Positions 6,454 through 12,543 of a stretch of 64,000 nt of DNA are shown here, in pieces. The stretch lies in assembly GCA_041651315.1 (NCBI GenBank), contig JBAZJM010000003.1, positions 1-64,000 of the forward strand. The letters run 5' to 3'. Below the pieces are notes generated by a model. The model did no database searches and was not told the origin of the DNA. It saw nothing but the letters and a program-made list of their open reading frames with translations. Position 1 is the stretch's first letter, and each line of letters opens with the position of its first letter. Source of the DNA: Lentisphaeria bacterium. GTDB lineage: Bacteria > Verrucomicrobiota > Lentisphaeria > Oligosphaerales > CAITYL01. Both the position numbers and the translations under genes were made by a program.

Positions 6454-6621
6454 GAAAATTTGCGCGCATCTGAGTGACAAAACTGGAGGTTTTGATTGAT
6501 TTACTGTCAATTGCCTTTACCATTTGGCTAATCCCCCATTTTTAGCACCGAAGTGCTGGTGGGGGATGAAGGATTCGAACCTTCAAAATTTGCTTGTTAG
6601 GTCTGTCTGTTAGATGCGCGC
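6454..6621 (-). ncRNA. circularly permuted tRNA-like gene A (Tyr-like, anticodon GTA; 3' half at 6557-6584 lies upstream of 5' half at 6476-6537)
   Basis: In the minus-strand RNA the order is leader GCGCGCATCT...CTAACAAGCAAATTTT, then T-arm GAAGG-TTCGAAT-CCTTC, then ATCCCCC-A-CCA. A UUCG hairpin GCACTTCGGTGC and TAAAAAT follow, then GGGGGAT-TA-D arm (GCC..GGC, GG in loop), anticodon arm ATTGA-CAGTAAA-TCAAT and a 6-bp variable-arm hairpin CAAAAC-CTCCA-GTTTTG. The trailer ends AGATGCGCGC, which is the exact reverse complement of the leader start. Confidence 0.55.
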
Positions 6622-6710
6622 GGTGCTACTGAGTGGATTCGAACCACCATATCTACAAGAGATAACAGATTCTGAGTCTGTCGCGTCTACCAAGGTTGCG
6701 CCACAGTAGC
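6622..6710 (-). tRNA. tRNA-Leu (anticodon CAG), class II
   Basis: Acceptor GCTACTG/CAGTAGC, anticodon stem ACAGA/TCTGT with loop CTCAGAA, long variable-arm hairpin ATCT/AGAT, T-arm GGTGG-TTCGAAT-CCACT. Confidence 0.8.
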
Positions 6711-6748
6711 ATATTGTAAATTCAAGAAACTGAATCGTAAGAAAAGCT

Positions 6749-7384
6749 ATGATTTACACCATCGGACATTCTACGATGTCCAGTGAAGATTTTGTGAAAA
6801 TTGCTGCTCCGTTGAAAACTGTTATCGATATTCGATCTCACCCAACAAGTAGATGGGAACAATTTAGAAAAGAAGAAATGCAACGTTGGTTGCAAAATGC
6901 CGGGATTGGTTATGAATGGTGGCCGTCTCTCGGTGGTTGGTCAGAAAAGCATGCTGACCTTATCCCTAAATTCGAACCATTGCTTGTTGATGTCGCTGCT
7001 TATGTTCGCGGAAAATTTCCGAAGCAAAGAATAGCTAAAGGAACGAAATGTCCGGAACCAAGTGAAAATATCCAAGAGTCACTGCCTGGGATTCGACCTG
7101 CTTGGACGAATCAAGGTCTTTACGATTATTCTTGGTTCATGTCTCTCCCTGAGTTCATTCAAGGAGCGGAAGAGTTAATTCAACGCGGGGAATCAGAAGA
7201 CATTGGAATTATGTGCTGTGAGGTTCTTTGGTGGAAATGTCATCGTTCCATGGTTGCCGATTACGTTGTTTTTCGGAAGCATGAAGTTTTCCATCTTCAA
7301 CCAAAGTTATCCTCTCACACTAAAGCAATCGGTAATCGATTAGATCGATACGATCCAAGAATCATTGAAGCATGGAATAAATAG
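6749..7384 (+). CDS. DUF488-like protein
   Basis: 211 aa. The N-terminal MIYTIGHS... start is typical of the DUF488 family. Ends with TAG abutting tRNA-Leu. Confidence 0.5.
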   Translation: MIYTIGHSTMSSEDFVKIAAPLKTVIDIRSHPTSRWEQFRKEEMQRWLQNAGIGYEWWPSLGGWSEKHADLIPKFEPLLVDVAAYVRGKFPKQRIAKGTKCPEPSENIQESLPGIRPAWTNQGLYDYSWFMSLPEFIQGAEELIQRGESEDIGIMCCEVLWWKCHRSMVADYVVFRKHEVFHLQPKLSSHTKAIGNRLDRYDPRIIEAWNK

Positions 7385-7471
7385 TGGGGTTGACAGGAGT
7401 CGAACCTGCACGCTCTTGCGAGCACAAGCACCTCAAGCTTGCGTGTATACCGAAGGTTTCACCACAACCCC
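7385..7471 (-). tRNA. tRNA-Leu (anticodon GAG), class II
   Basis: Acceptor GGGGTTG/CAACCCC, anticodon stem CAAGC/GCTTG with loop TTGAGGT, variable-arm hairpin GCTC-GCAA-GAGC, T-arm GCAGG-TTCGACT-CCTGT. Confidence 0.8.
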
Positions 7472-7578
7472 ATTAGGCCCAGATTTTTACGTTCCAATCC
7501 AACGATTGGACACCCTCTTTTCGTTACCGAAAAGAATGAAGGCGGCTCTAGGTTGCCGAGCGGCTTGCGCCGCAAGTC

Positions 7579-7761
7579 TTATTTATTATCCTTACGACGG
7601 TAAAGAGTTTCTCCCGTCACAGGATCTGGGAAGGATTCCCATCCAAAAATAGATGCTACTCTGTCTCTATCTTCTTGTGTCGGTTCAGTTCTATGAACGG
7701 GTACAGAATCGAGACCTTTCTCGAATTCCATAACGTTCAATATTTCTGATAACCGCAACAT
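7579..7761 (-). CDS. hypothetical small protein
   Basis: 60-aa ORF with no detectable motifs. Confidence 0.25.
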   Translation of the reverse strand: MLRLSEILNVMEFEKGLDSVPVHRTEPTQEDRDRVASIFGWESFPDPVTGETLYRRKDNK

Positions 7762-7763
7762 CG

Positions 7764-7988
7764 TTAAGTCTGAAGTTGAGAGACGCGCCCTATTGGATGA
7801 TCGTCGATTTCTTTCCCGATTTCTTCATAGAAACAATCTTCGCAGATATGTTTTCCGTCGAGAACCGGAATCTTCCCAGTTATCATGCTCTGAAGTGGGA
7901 TTTTACACTTCACACAGGTCTCAGCATCCAAATATAACTCAGATACCCGTTCTGGGTTGTCTAGAAGTTCTCGGATAGTGAGAGCCAT
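7764..7988 (-). CDS. hypothetical zinc-ribbon-like protein (start moved to an internal Met to avoid the permuted tRNA-like element)
   Basis: The 7764-8099 ORF contains CVKCK...CEDC. Its first 37 codons overlap the 5' half of element B, so the internal start MALTIRELL at 7988 is preferred. Confidence 0.35.
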   Translation of the reverse strand: MALTIRELLDNPERVSELYLDAETCVKCKIPLQSMITGKIPVLDGKHICEDCFYEEIGKEIDDHPIGRVSQLQT

Positions 7989-8024
7989 GATAACCTCCAA
8001 ACTATACAAAAAATTTTGAAGCGC

Positions 8025-8160
8025 CCGAGGAAAAGATCTGGAGAACGTTTCTTGACGAATCCTTATTTCGTTGCATGTACCATCATGCGTATCCCCCATA
8101 GTGGAGGGGGATCCCGGATTCGAACCGGGCTGCTTGTTAGATCTTTGAATGGACGCTTCG
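8025..8160 (-). ncRNA. circularly permuted tRNA-like gene B (Leu-like class II, anticodon AAG; 3' half at 8102-8129 lies upstream of 5' half at 8041-8097)
   Basis: In the minus-strand RNA the order is leader ...AAAGATCTAACAAGCAG, then T-arm CCCGG-TTCGAAT-CCGGG, then ATCCCCC-T-CCA, then CTAT. Next come GGGGGAT-AC-D arm GCAT-GATGGTAC-ATGC, anticodon arm ACGAA-ATAAGGA-TTCGT, variable hairpin AGAA-ACG-TTCT and trailer CC-AGATCTTTT. Leader AAAGATCT is complementary to trailer AGATCTTT. Confidence 0.55.
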
Positions 8161-8161
8161 G

Positions 8162-8236
8162 TGGGTTGTCTCGGAATCGAACCGAGTTCTCGCCCTCTTC
8201 AGGGGCGCGCTGAATCACCAGACTAGCTCACAACCC
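8162..8236 (-). tRNA. tRNA-Phe (anticodon GAA)
   Basis: Acceptor GGGTTGT/ACAACCC, anticodon stem CGCCC/GGGCG with loop CTGAAGA, T-arm CTCGG-TTCGATT-CCGAG. Confidence 0.8.
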
Positions 8237-8249
8237 GTAATCTATTTAG

Positions 8250-8328
8250 TCCGCCATTGAGGAGTCGAACCCCTTCCACACGTTAATAGGACGCGCTCCA
8301 GCGACCGGCTGAATTAGGTAACGGCGGA
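8250..8328 (-). tRNA. tRNA, anticodon unresolved (possibly TAT in loop CCTATTA); over-long D region
   Basis: T-loop TTCGACT and acceptor TCCGCCG/TGGCGGA-type pairing. The D region carries about 6 extra nt and could not be folded unambiguously. Confidence 0.4.
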
Positions 8329-8358
8329 AATTCACAACTGTTTAGCGTATCGTTCTTC

Positions 8359-8919
8359 ATGGAATTTGAAGATCGAGCTATTGGAGTACCCGACGGGAAA
8401 GCTCCGATCTTTGGAGTCTTCCGGAGTTCTCGAGGAAAGCTGGCTGCTTTCGTAGTCAAAGAATTGAGAAAAATTCCCGAAGGTGTTATTTTAGCTTATA
8501 GAGAAAAAATCACCCCCGCTGAAGCAGCAAAACGTGCTGCCCAGATGCTGAATGACTACTTACCAATAAGTCATGTTACATCGGAAGAATATGAAAAAGA
8601 ACACGATCTAGTTGATGGCCGAGTAGCTACTTACCGTGATAGGGGATGGGAACATCAAGCCATCATCATTACGATAACTGGAAACAAAGCTCTTGCTTTA
8701 TTCTTTACCTCAAAAGCTAACTGGGCAAAGAAAACAAGACGAGCTTCGAATGATGAAATGGCAGCCGCCAACTTCATCTCAAGTCGAAGAACCTATGTTT
8801 CACTTGTCCTACGTCCATTAGACGGGTTTATTCCGACATTCAGGGTTGTTCCTGAGTTACTACTTTCGGAACTCAAAGAAGAGTTCAACGAAAAGGACGC
8901 CGAAATTTATATCCCGTAA
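8359..8919 (+). CDS. hypothetical protein
   Basis: 186-aa ORF with no recognisable motifs. Confidence 0.45.
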   Translation: MEFEDRAIGVPDGKAPIFGVFRSSRGKLAAFVVKELRKIPEGVILAYREKITPAEAAKRAAQMLNDYLPISHVTSEEYEKEHDLVDGRVATYRDRGWEHQAIIITITGNKALALFFTSKANWAKKTRRASNDEMAAANFISSRRTYVSLVLRPLDGFIPTFRVVPELLLSELKEEFNEKDAEIYIP

Positions 8920-8931
8920 TTCACAATCTTT

Positions 8932-9279
8932 ATGAGATCGGGAATTGAAATGTCAACAATACTTACATTTCTCGCACTTAGTATTGCTTGTGCGAGTATA
9001 TCTTTTACTATAACGAAATCAAAAATATTTAAAGGATTTAGGGAGTGGTTTCATAATTCAGATGATCCCACAGATTCAGATAGGAAAACTCGTGAATTCT
9101 TATTTGAATTCCTATCCTGCCCCTATTGCTTTAGTCATTGGATATCTTTTGCAATGACTATTATCTGGTTACCTAAAATAACGAATTGCGGCTTTCCGAT
9201 CCTAGACTACTTGGTATCAACCTTCGTAATCATCGGAATAGCCGCAATCGTAACCAGATTGATCGAGAAGACCGCTTGA
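8932..9279 (+). CDS. hypothetical membrane protein
   Basis: 115 aa with two or three hydrophobic helices (ILTFLALSIACASI; ISFAMTIIWLP; VSTFVIIGIAAIV). Confidence 0.45.
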   Translation: MRSGIEMSTILTFLALSIACASISFTITKSKIFKGFREWFHNSDDPTDSDRKTREFLFEFLSCPYCFSHWISFAMTIIWLPKITNCGFPILDYLVSTFVIIGIAAIVTRLIEKTA

Positions 9280-9285
9280 AATCGA

Positions 9286-9654
9286 TCAAGCGGCAGCTTC
9301 GGCAGCTTCTTGAAGAGCCGTTAGAGAAGCTTCAAGACCTGCTATTGCTTCAAGATCTTCCGCGGTCGTTGCTGGAAATTCACTCGGATTCTTAGCAACT
9401 AAATCTTGAAGAGCCTTGATAGCTGCTCGAGCTTTCTCAGCTTCAAAATTCAATTGATCCTGAACTCGTTCACTCATTTGAAATCGACGCTCAACGCGAG
9501 CTGGATCAATTTCAGCGATAATGGCTTTTAGAGCCTGAGCGACTAAAGTCTTGCTCGGCTTCTTCGAAGCATCAATCATCGAAGCAATTCTTCGAAGTTT
9601 GGCAGACAGTTCTTGCGGTTCCATGCCAGGAAGTTTTATTGAAAAGCTAGTCAT
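9286..9654 (-). CDS. hypothetical coiled-coil protein
   Basis: 122-aa Ala/Glu-rich ORF. Confidence 0.4.
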   Translation of the reverse strand: MTSFSIKLPGMEPQELSAKLRRIASMIDASKKPSKTLVAQALKAIIAEIDPARVERRFQMSERVQDQLNFEAEKARAAIKALQDLVAKNPSEFPATTAEDLEAIAGLEASLTALQEAAEAAA

Positions 9655-9994
9655 TCATAACATCTCGAAGGATATTATCCTTCGTTTCTAGCTTATCGAT
9701 ATCGACATTCTCAAATTTAAAGGGAGTTCCCTTTTCATCCGGATTCCAACCCGAAGCCAACATTTTACGAATTACTATCGCTATAGCTTCAGGTTTTACC
9801 GCGTGTCCGTCTAACCAAAAAAGAGTAGTCTGAGCGACTCTTCCAGGTTTCGGCTGATCAGCCTCAACGGTTAAAGTCGCTGAATTCGATTTCGGTCCTT
9901 CGTGATCCCAACGAAAAAAGGGTTTTTTCGCCGGCAAACTCCAACGAAAAGGTCGATTGTCAACGACAATTTTTCGAGCTCGAGGAATCGCCAT
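9647..9994 (-). CDS. hypothetical protein
   Basis: 115-aa ORF overlapping its neighbour by 8 nt. Confidence 0.4.
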   Translation of the reverse strand: MAIPRARKIVVDNRPFRWSLPAKKPFFRWDHEGPKSNSATLTVEADQPKPGRVAQTTLFWLDGHAVKPEAIAIVIRKMLASGWNPDEKGTPFKFENVDIDKLETKDNILRDVMND

Positions 9995-9997
9995 TAT

Positions 9998-11029
9998 TCA
10001 GTATACACAACCGCTACCACTAGTGGTATCCGGTTCCTCAACTTCTAAGATATCCTTAACAATTTCCTCATTAATAAGTTTCTTAGCCTCTTCAGGAGTC
10101 AATTTTCCAGCAGCAACTTTTTTGAGTACGTCATCCAATTCTCTTGGTTTCACGTCACTTTTCCTTTTTCGTTGCTGCCAACCATTATAAAATTTTCCAT
10201 CGTAATAGAGAACTGTTTTAGGGAATTGTTTCGGGTTTACTGGACAAGGTCTTCTCTTTGTTTGTAAACCGCACATTTGACGTACATTTACCGGCATATC
10301 ATCGATAATTATGTCGTGAATGCACCCGTAAGTGAACGGATCATCATTGAGCCCAAATTGATGATCGAAAATTTCAGCTAGATTTACGAAGTTTTCTTCT
10401 TCTAGCTTCAGTTCTGCAAATCTAATTTTATCGGCACCCACCGATTTGGCGAAAGCTACGTATTTCCTAATCGAATCATAATTATCGATGTGTCCAGAAA
10501 TGCAGTTACAATTCAATCTGACATTAACACCGATCAAATGAAAAGCATTAATGACTCCCCTCAAGTTATTGATTTTTACTCCGACAATTTCTTCATTCTT
10601 ATCTAAGTCAAAATCGTGGATTGAAATGTTGATTCCAGTCAATCCAGTCAAAACTGACGAAACATATCTTGGAGTTAGTAAACCACCGTTTGTCGTAACC
10701 CAGACATTTCGTCCACGTAGACTTAGATCAGTAATAATTTTATCTAAATCAGCATATAACGTTGGTTCTCCACCCAACAATATTATATTAGTTTTTCCTG
10801 ATTCAATGGCTTTATCAGCGATAACGTTCCATCCAGCTTTTTCTTTTGGATGATAACCGATATGCTCGATGCACCAAGAACAGCTCCCGTTGCAATTAGG
10901 AAGAAGATTAACTTCCAGCCAATCTTGAAAAGAACCGCCACAAAAATTACCAGGATGCGGCTCTGAATAAATCGTATTTAGATGATGCTTCCCGTCATTT
11001 ATATCCGTCACTTGCCCAACAATTACCAT
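9998..11029 (-). CDS. radical SAM domain protein
   Basis: CNGSCSWC (CX3CX2C) close to the N-terminus, the Gly-rich ILLGGEPTL motif, and extra Cys residues at the C-terminus. Confidence 0.7.
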   Translation of the reverse strand: MVIVGQVTDINDGKHHLNTIYSEPHPGNFCGGSFQDWLEVNLLPNCNGSCSWCIEHIGYHPKEKAGWNVIADKAIESGKTNIILLGGEPTLYADLDKIITDLSLRGRNVWVTTNGGLLTPRYVSSVLTGLTGINISIHDFDLDKNEEIVGVKINNLRGVINAFHLIGVNVRLNCNCISGHIDNYDSIRKYVAFAKSVGADKIRFAELKLEEENFVNLAEIFDHQFGLNDDPFTYGCIHDIIIDDMPVNVRQMCGLQTKRRPCPVNPKQFPKTVLYYDGKFYNGWQQRKRKSDVKPRELDDVLKKVAAGKLTPEEAKKLINEEIVKDILEVEEPDTTSGSGCVY

Positions 11030-11174
11030 TTAGAATGAAGGCCGTACCTCCACTAATGAGGCGTTTGGCTTTCTCCATCTTACAATGAGGGCATTCTTTA
11101 ATGGCGGGCTCGGAGATTTTTTGCTCAACCTCCCAAGTTTTCCCACAAGCTTCACAAACGTACTCGTAAGTCAT
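10996..11174 (-). CDS. FmdB-family zinc-ribbon small protein (59 aa)
   Basis: Hand translation gives MTYEYVCEACGKTWEVEQKISEPAIKECPHCKMEKAKRLISGGTAFILNG..., the classic FmdB CxxC...CPxC ribbon. The ORF overlaps the radical SAM start by about 34 nt and is absent from the ORF track because it is under 60 aa. Confidence 0.5.
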
Positions 11175-11193
11175 TGAATGAATTACCGTACAG

Positions 11194-11265
11194 AGCCAGC
11201 ACCGGGAGTTGAACCCGGCTATCCTCGTTACGAATGAGGCGCGTTCCCACGATTGCTATGCTGGC
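11194..11265 (-). tRNA. tRNA-Thr (anticodon CGT) with A31.C39 mismatch
   Basis: Acceptor GCCAGCA/TGCTGGC, anticodon stem CCTCA/CGAGG with loop TTCGTAA, T-arm CCGGG-TTCAACT-CCCGG. Confidence 0.6.
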
Positions 11266-11267
11266 AG

Positions 11268-11350
11268 TGGCTCCAGGGGCAGGATTCGAACCCGCGATGC
11301 TTTCGCGAACGGTTAACAGCCGTTTGCCTTACCACTAGGCTACCCTGGAA
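11268..11350 (-). tRNA. tRNA-Asn (anticodon GTT) with extended variable loop, CCA encoded
   Basis: Acceptor TCCAGGG/CCCTGGA, D GCCT/AGGC, anticodon stem AACGG/CCGTT with loop CTGTTAA, T-loop TTCGAAT, 3' G-CCA. Confidence 0.7.
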
Positions 11351-11390
11351 TATGTTTTCTACAGACAGTTTACTTACTGTCTAGTAGCAG

Positions 11391-11463
11391 CGCCCCGTAC
11401 GGGAATTGAACCCGTCTCGACCTAGCGTGACAAGCTAGCGTCCGCCCAGCGGACTTACAGGGC
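11391..11463 (-). tRNA. tRNA-Asp (anticodon GTC)
   Basis: Acceptor GCCCTGT/ACGGGGC, D GTCC/GGAC, anticodon stem CTAGC/GCTAG with loop TTGTCAC, T-arm ACGGG-TTCAATT-CCCGT. Confidence 0.8.
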
Positions 11464-11483
11464 AAAAAAGGAGGCGTACCTCC
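11464..11483 (-). terminator. Rho-independent terminator-like hairpin (minus strand)
   Basis: The minus-strand RNA GGAGGTACGCCTCC followed by UUUUUU sits immediately 5' of tRNA-Asp. Confidence 0.45.
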
Positions 11484-11485
11484 AA

Positions 11486-11677
11486 GTTTTGCCTTGTTAG
11501 TCCGCCTCCGCCTACTATCATTTGCAGGCAAGGTACCCTCACCGAGCTTATGCCTTGCCATAGCCAGCGCCGTTGCCGGATAAACAAGGTTCCACTTTTC
11601 CGTCGCTAAAGCGCCGGCTGGGTTGGTCCTTAAACCTGTTAGATTGTCAAGGAGCGAGGATCCGCTTGGATCTTGCT
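11486..11677 (-). other. approximately 190-nt non-coding, structured region between tRNA-Gln and tRNA-Asp (candidate ncRNA)
   Basis: No tRNA fold and no coding potential. It contains stem pairs such as GGCAAGG/CCTTGCC and both sub-motifs (ATCTAACAG ... CTAACAAGGCA) found in the permuted-tRNA leaders, here about 140 nt apart. Confidence 0.3.
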
Positions 11678-11752
11678 TGGTTCCAGAACTAGGATTCGAA
11701 CCTAGATAACGGGCTTCAGAGGCCCGCGTCTTAACCGTTGGACGATTCTGGA
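11678..11752 (-). tRNA. tRNA-Gln (anticodon CTG), CCA encoded
   Basis: Acceptor TCCAGAA/TTCTGGA, anticodon stem CGGGC/GCCCG with loop CTCTGAA, T-arm CTAGG-TTCGAAT-CCTAG, 3' A-CCA. Confidence 0.8.
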
Positions 11753-11865
11753 ATAACAACTGTCTTGAAACCAAAACTGCTTGTAAACAGTGGTCATTCG
11801 TGCTGCGACTTGTACTTAACTGAGCTTGCAAACTAACTACTAACTTTTCCTTTTACTGAATTTCT

Positions 11866-11939
11866 TGGTGGATCTGGAGAGAATCGAACTCTCGCCGACG
11901 GGTTAAGAGCCCGCTGCTCGACCATTGAGCTACAGATCC
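11866..11939 (-). tRNA. tRNA-Lys (anticodon CTT), CCA encoded
   Basis: Acceptor GGATCTG/CAGATCC, D GCTC/GAGC, anticodon stem GCGGG/CCCGT with loop CTCTTAA, T-arm GAGAG-TTCGATT-CTCTC, 3' A-CCA. Confidence 0.85.
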
Positions 11940-11943
11940 AAAA

Positions 11944-12018
11944 TGGTGGGTCGCCTCGGAATCGAACCGAGCTCTCTCAGGTTAAAAGCCTGCTGCATCA
12001 CCATGTTGCTAGCGACCC
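11944..12018 (-). tRNA. tRNA-Lys (anticodon TTT), CCA encoded
   Basis: Acceptor GGGTCGC/GCGACCC, anticodon loop CTTTTAA, T-arm CTCGG-TTCGATT-CCGAG, 3' A-CCA. Confidence 0.75.
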
Positions 12019-12086
12019 GAATCATCTGATTTGGGAATCGCTTCTGTTTTTGCTTCGAGTATCTCATGGTCGTAAACTTTCTTCGG

Positions 12087-12169
12087 GGTGAGGCGTCTAG
12101 GAGTCGAACCTAGTGTGCCGTAAGGCGACAGTTTTACAGACTGCTTCGCAAGCCGCTGCGAGACGCCCC
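12087..12169 (-). tRNA. tRNA-Tyr (anticodon GTA), class II
   Basis: Acceptor GGGGCGT/ACGCCTC, D CGCA/TGCG, anticodon stem GCAGT/ACTGT with loop CTGTAAA, variable hairpin GCC-TTAC-GGC, T-arm CTAGG-TTCGACT-CCTAG. Confidence 0.8.
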
Positions 12170-12173
12170 GTAA

Positions 12174-12214
12174 ATTGGGTGCGCGCTACGCGCTGCGGTA
12201 TAATAGCTGATTGT
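12174..12214 (+). promoter_or_regulatory. sigma70-like promoter consensus (TTGGGT-18-TATAAT) on the plus strand
   Basis: A perfect TATAAT at 12209-12214 with TTGGGT 18 nt upstream. No obvious plus-strand gene follows, so its function is unclear. Confidence 0.25.
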
Positions 12215-12235
12215 CTGTGTTTGAGTCATCGTAAT

Positions 12236-12277
12236 ACCAAAAAGTTTTTGGCCGCCAGGATCTTCTCCGGGCGGCCT
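12236..12277. terminator. palindromic hairpins (CCAAAAAGTTTTTGG; GGCCGCC..GGCGGCC), candidate bidirectional terminator
   Basis: Inverted repeats with a flanking A/T run lie between the minus-strand gene ending at 12313 and the tRNA array. Confidence 0.3.
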
Positions 12278-12312
12278 CGTCTTACCTGATTAGGGTGAAA
12301 AACTAGGCCGCC

Positions 12313-12543
12313 TTAAGTATCCACCTCGAGATTTCCAACAAACAATGGGCTGCGGGCGATCGAGGTAGATGAGGTGGTATGTATTCTACGTGCGATACAC
12401 CACGACGCCGAAACCGTTTCCGGCTTCTGCATCGATTTAGGTGTACCTTGATATAATGCCACGTGAAAACTTACCTTCGAGAAGTAAAGCACAACTAACA
12501 AAGTTGCGCAAGTATCTTCTGTACTAGAGAATACAGCGAACAA
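12313..12543 (-). CDS. hypothetical small protein
   Basis: 76-aa ORF. Confidence 0.25.
   Translation of the reverse strand: MFAVFSSTEDTCATLLVVLYFSKVSFHVALYQGTPKSMQKPETVSASWCIARRIHTTSSTSIARSPLFVGNLEVDT

Noticed and set aside
6278-6523. 81-aa minus-strand ORF.
   Set aside because: It overlaps tRNA-His, tRNA-Pro and the 5' half of permuted element A.
6454-6621. Reading this locus as one ordinary minus-strand tRNA.
   Set aside because: The 3' acceptor strand ATCCCCC has no complementary GGGGGAT upstream in the transcript. The only partner lies downstream of the CCA, so a conventional colinear tRNA is impossible.
7472-7560. Possible plus-strand Ser/Leu-like tRNA suggested by the GCCGAGCGG D-loop-like string.
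   Set aside because: No T-arm or acceptor pairing could be built. More likely GC-rich hairpins (GCGGC-GCAA-GCCGC) in the leader region.
11486-11677. Possible tmRNA (ssrA).
   Set aside because: There is no tRNA-Ala-like acceptor/T-arm with G3:U70, no resume codon or tag ORF, and it is too short at about 190 nt. The GCTTTAGCG resemblance to the tag-peptide coding sequence looks coincidental.
11370-11831. 153-aa minus-strand ORF from the six-frame track.
   Set aside because: It lies entirely over tRNA-Asp, the terminator, the structured gap and tRNA-Gln. Its composition is low-complexity. It is almost certainly not coding.
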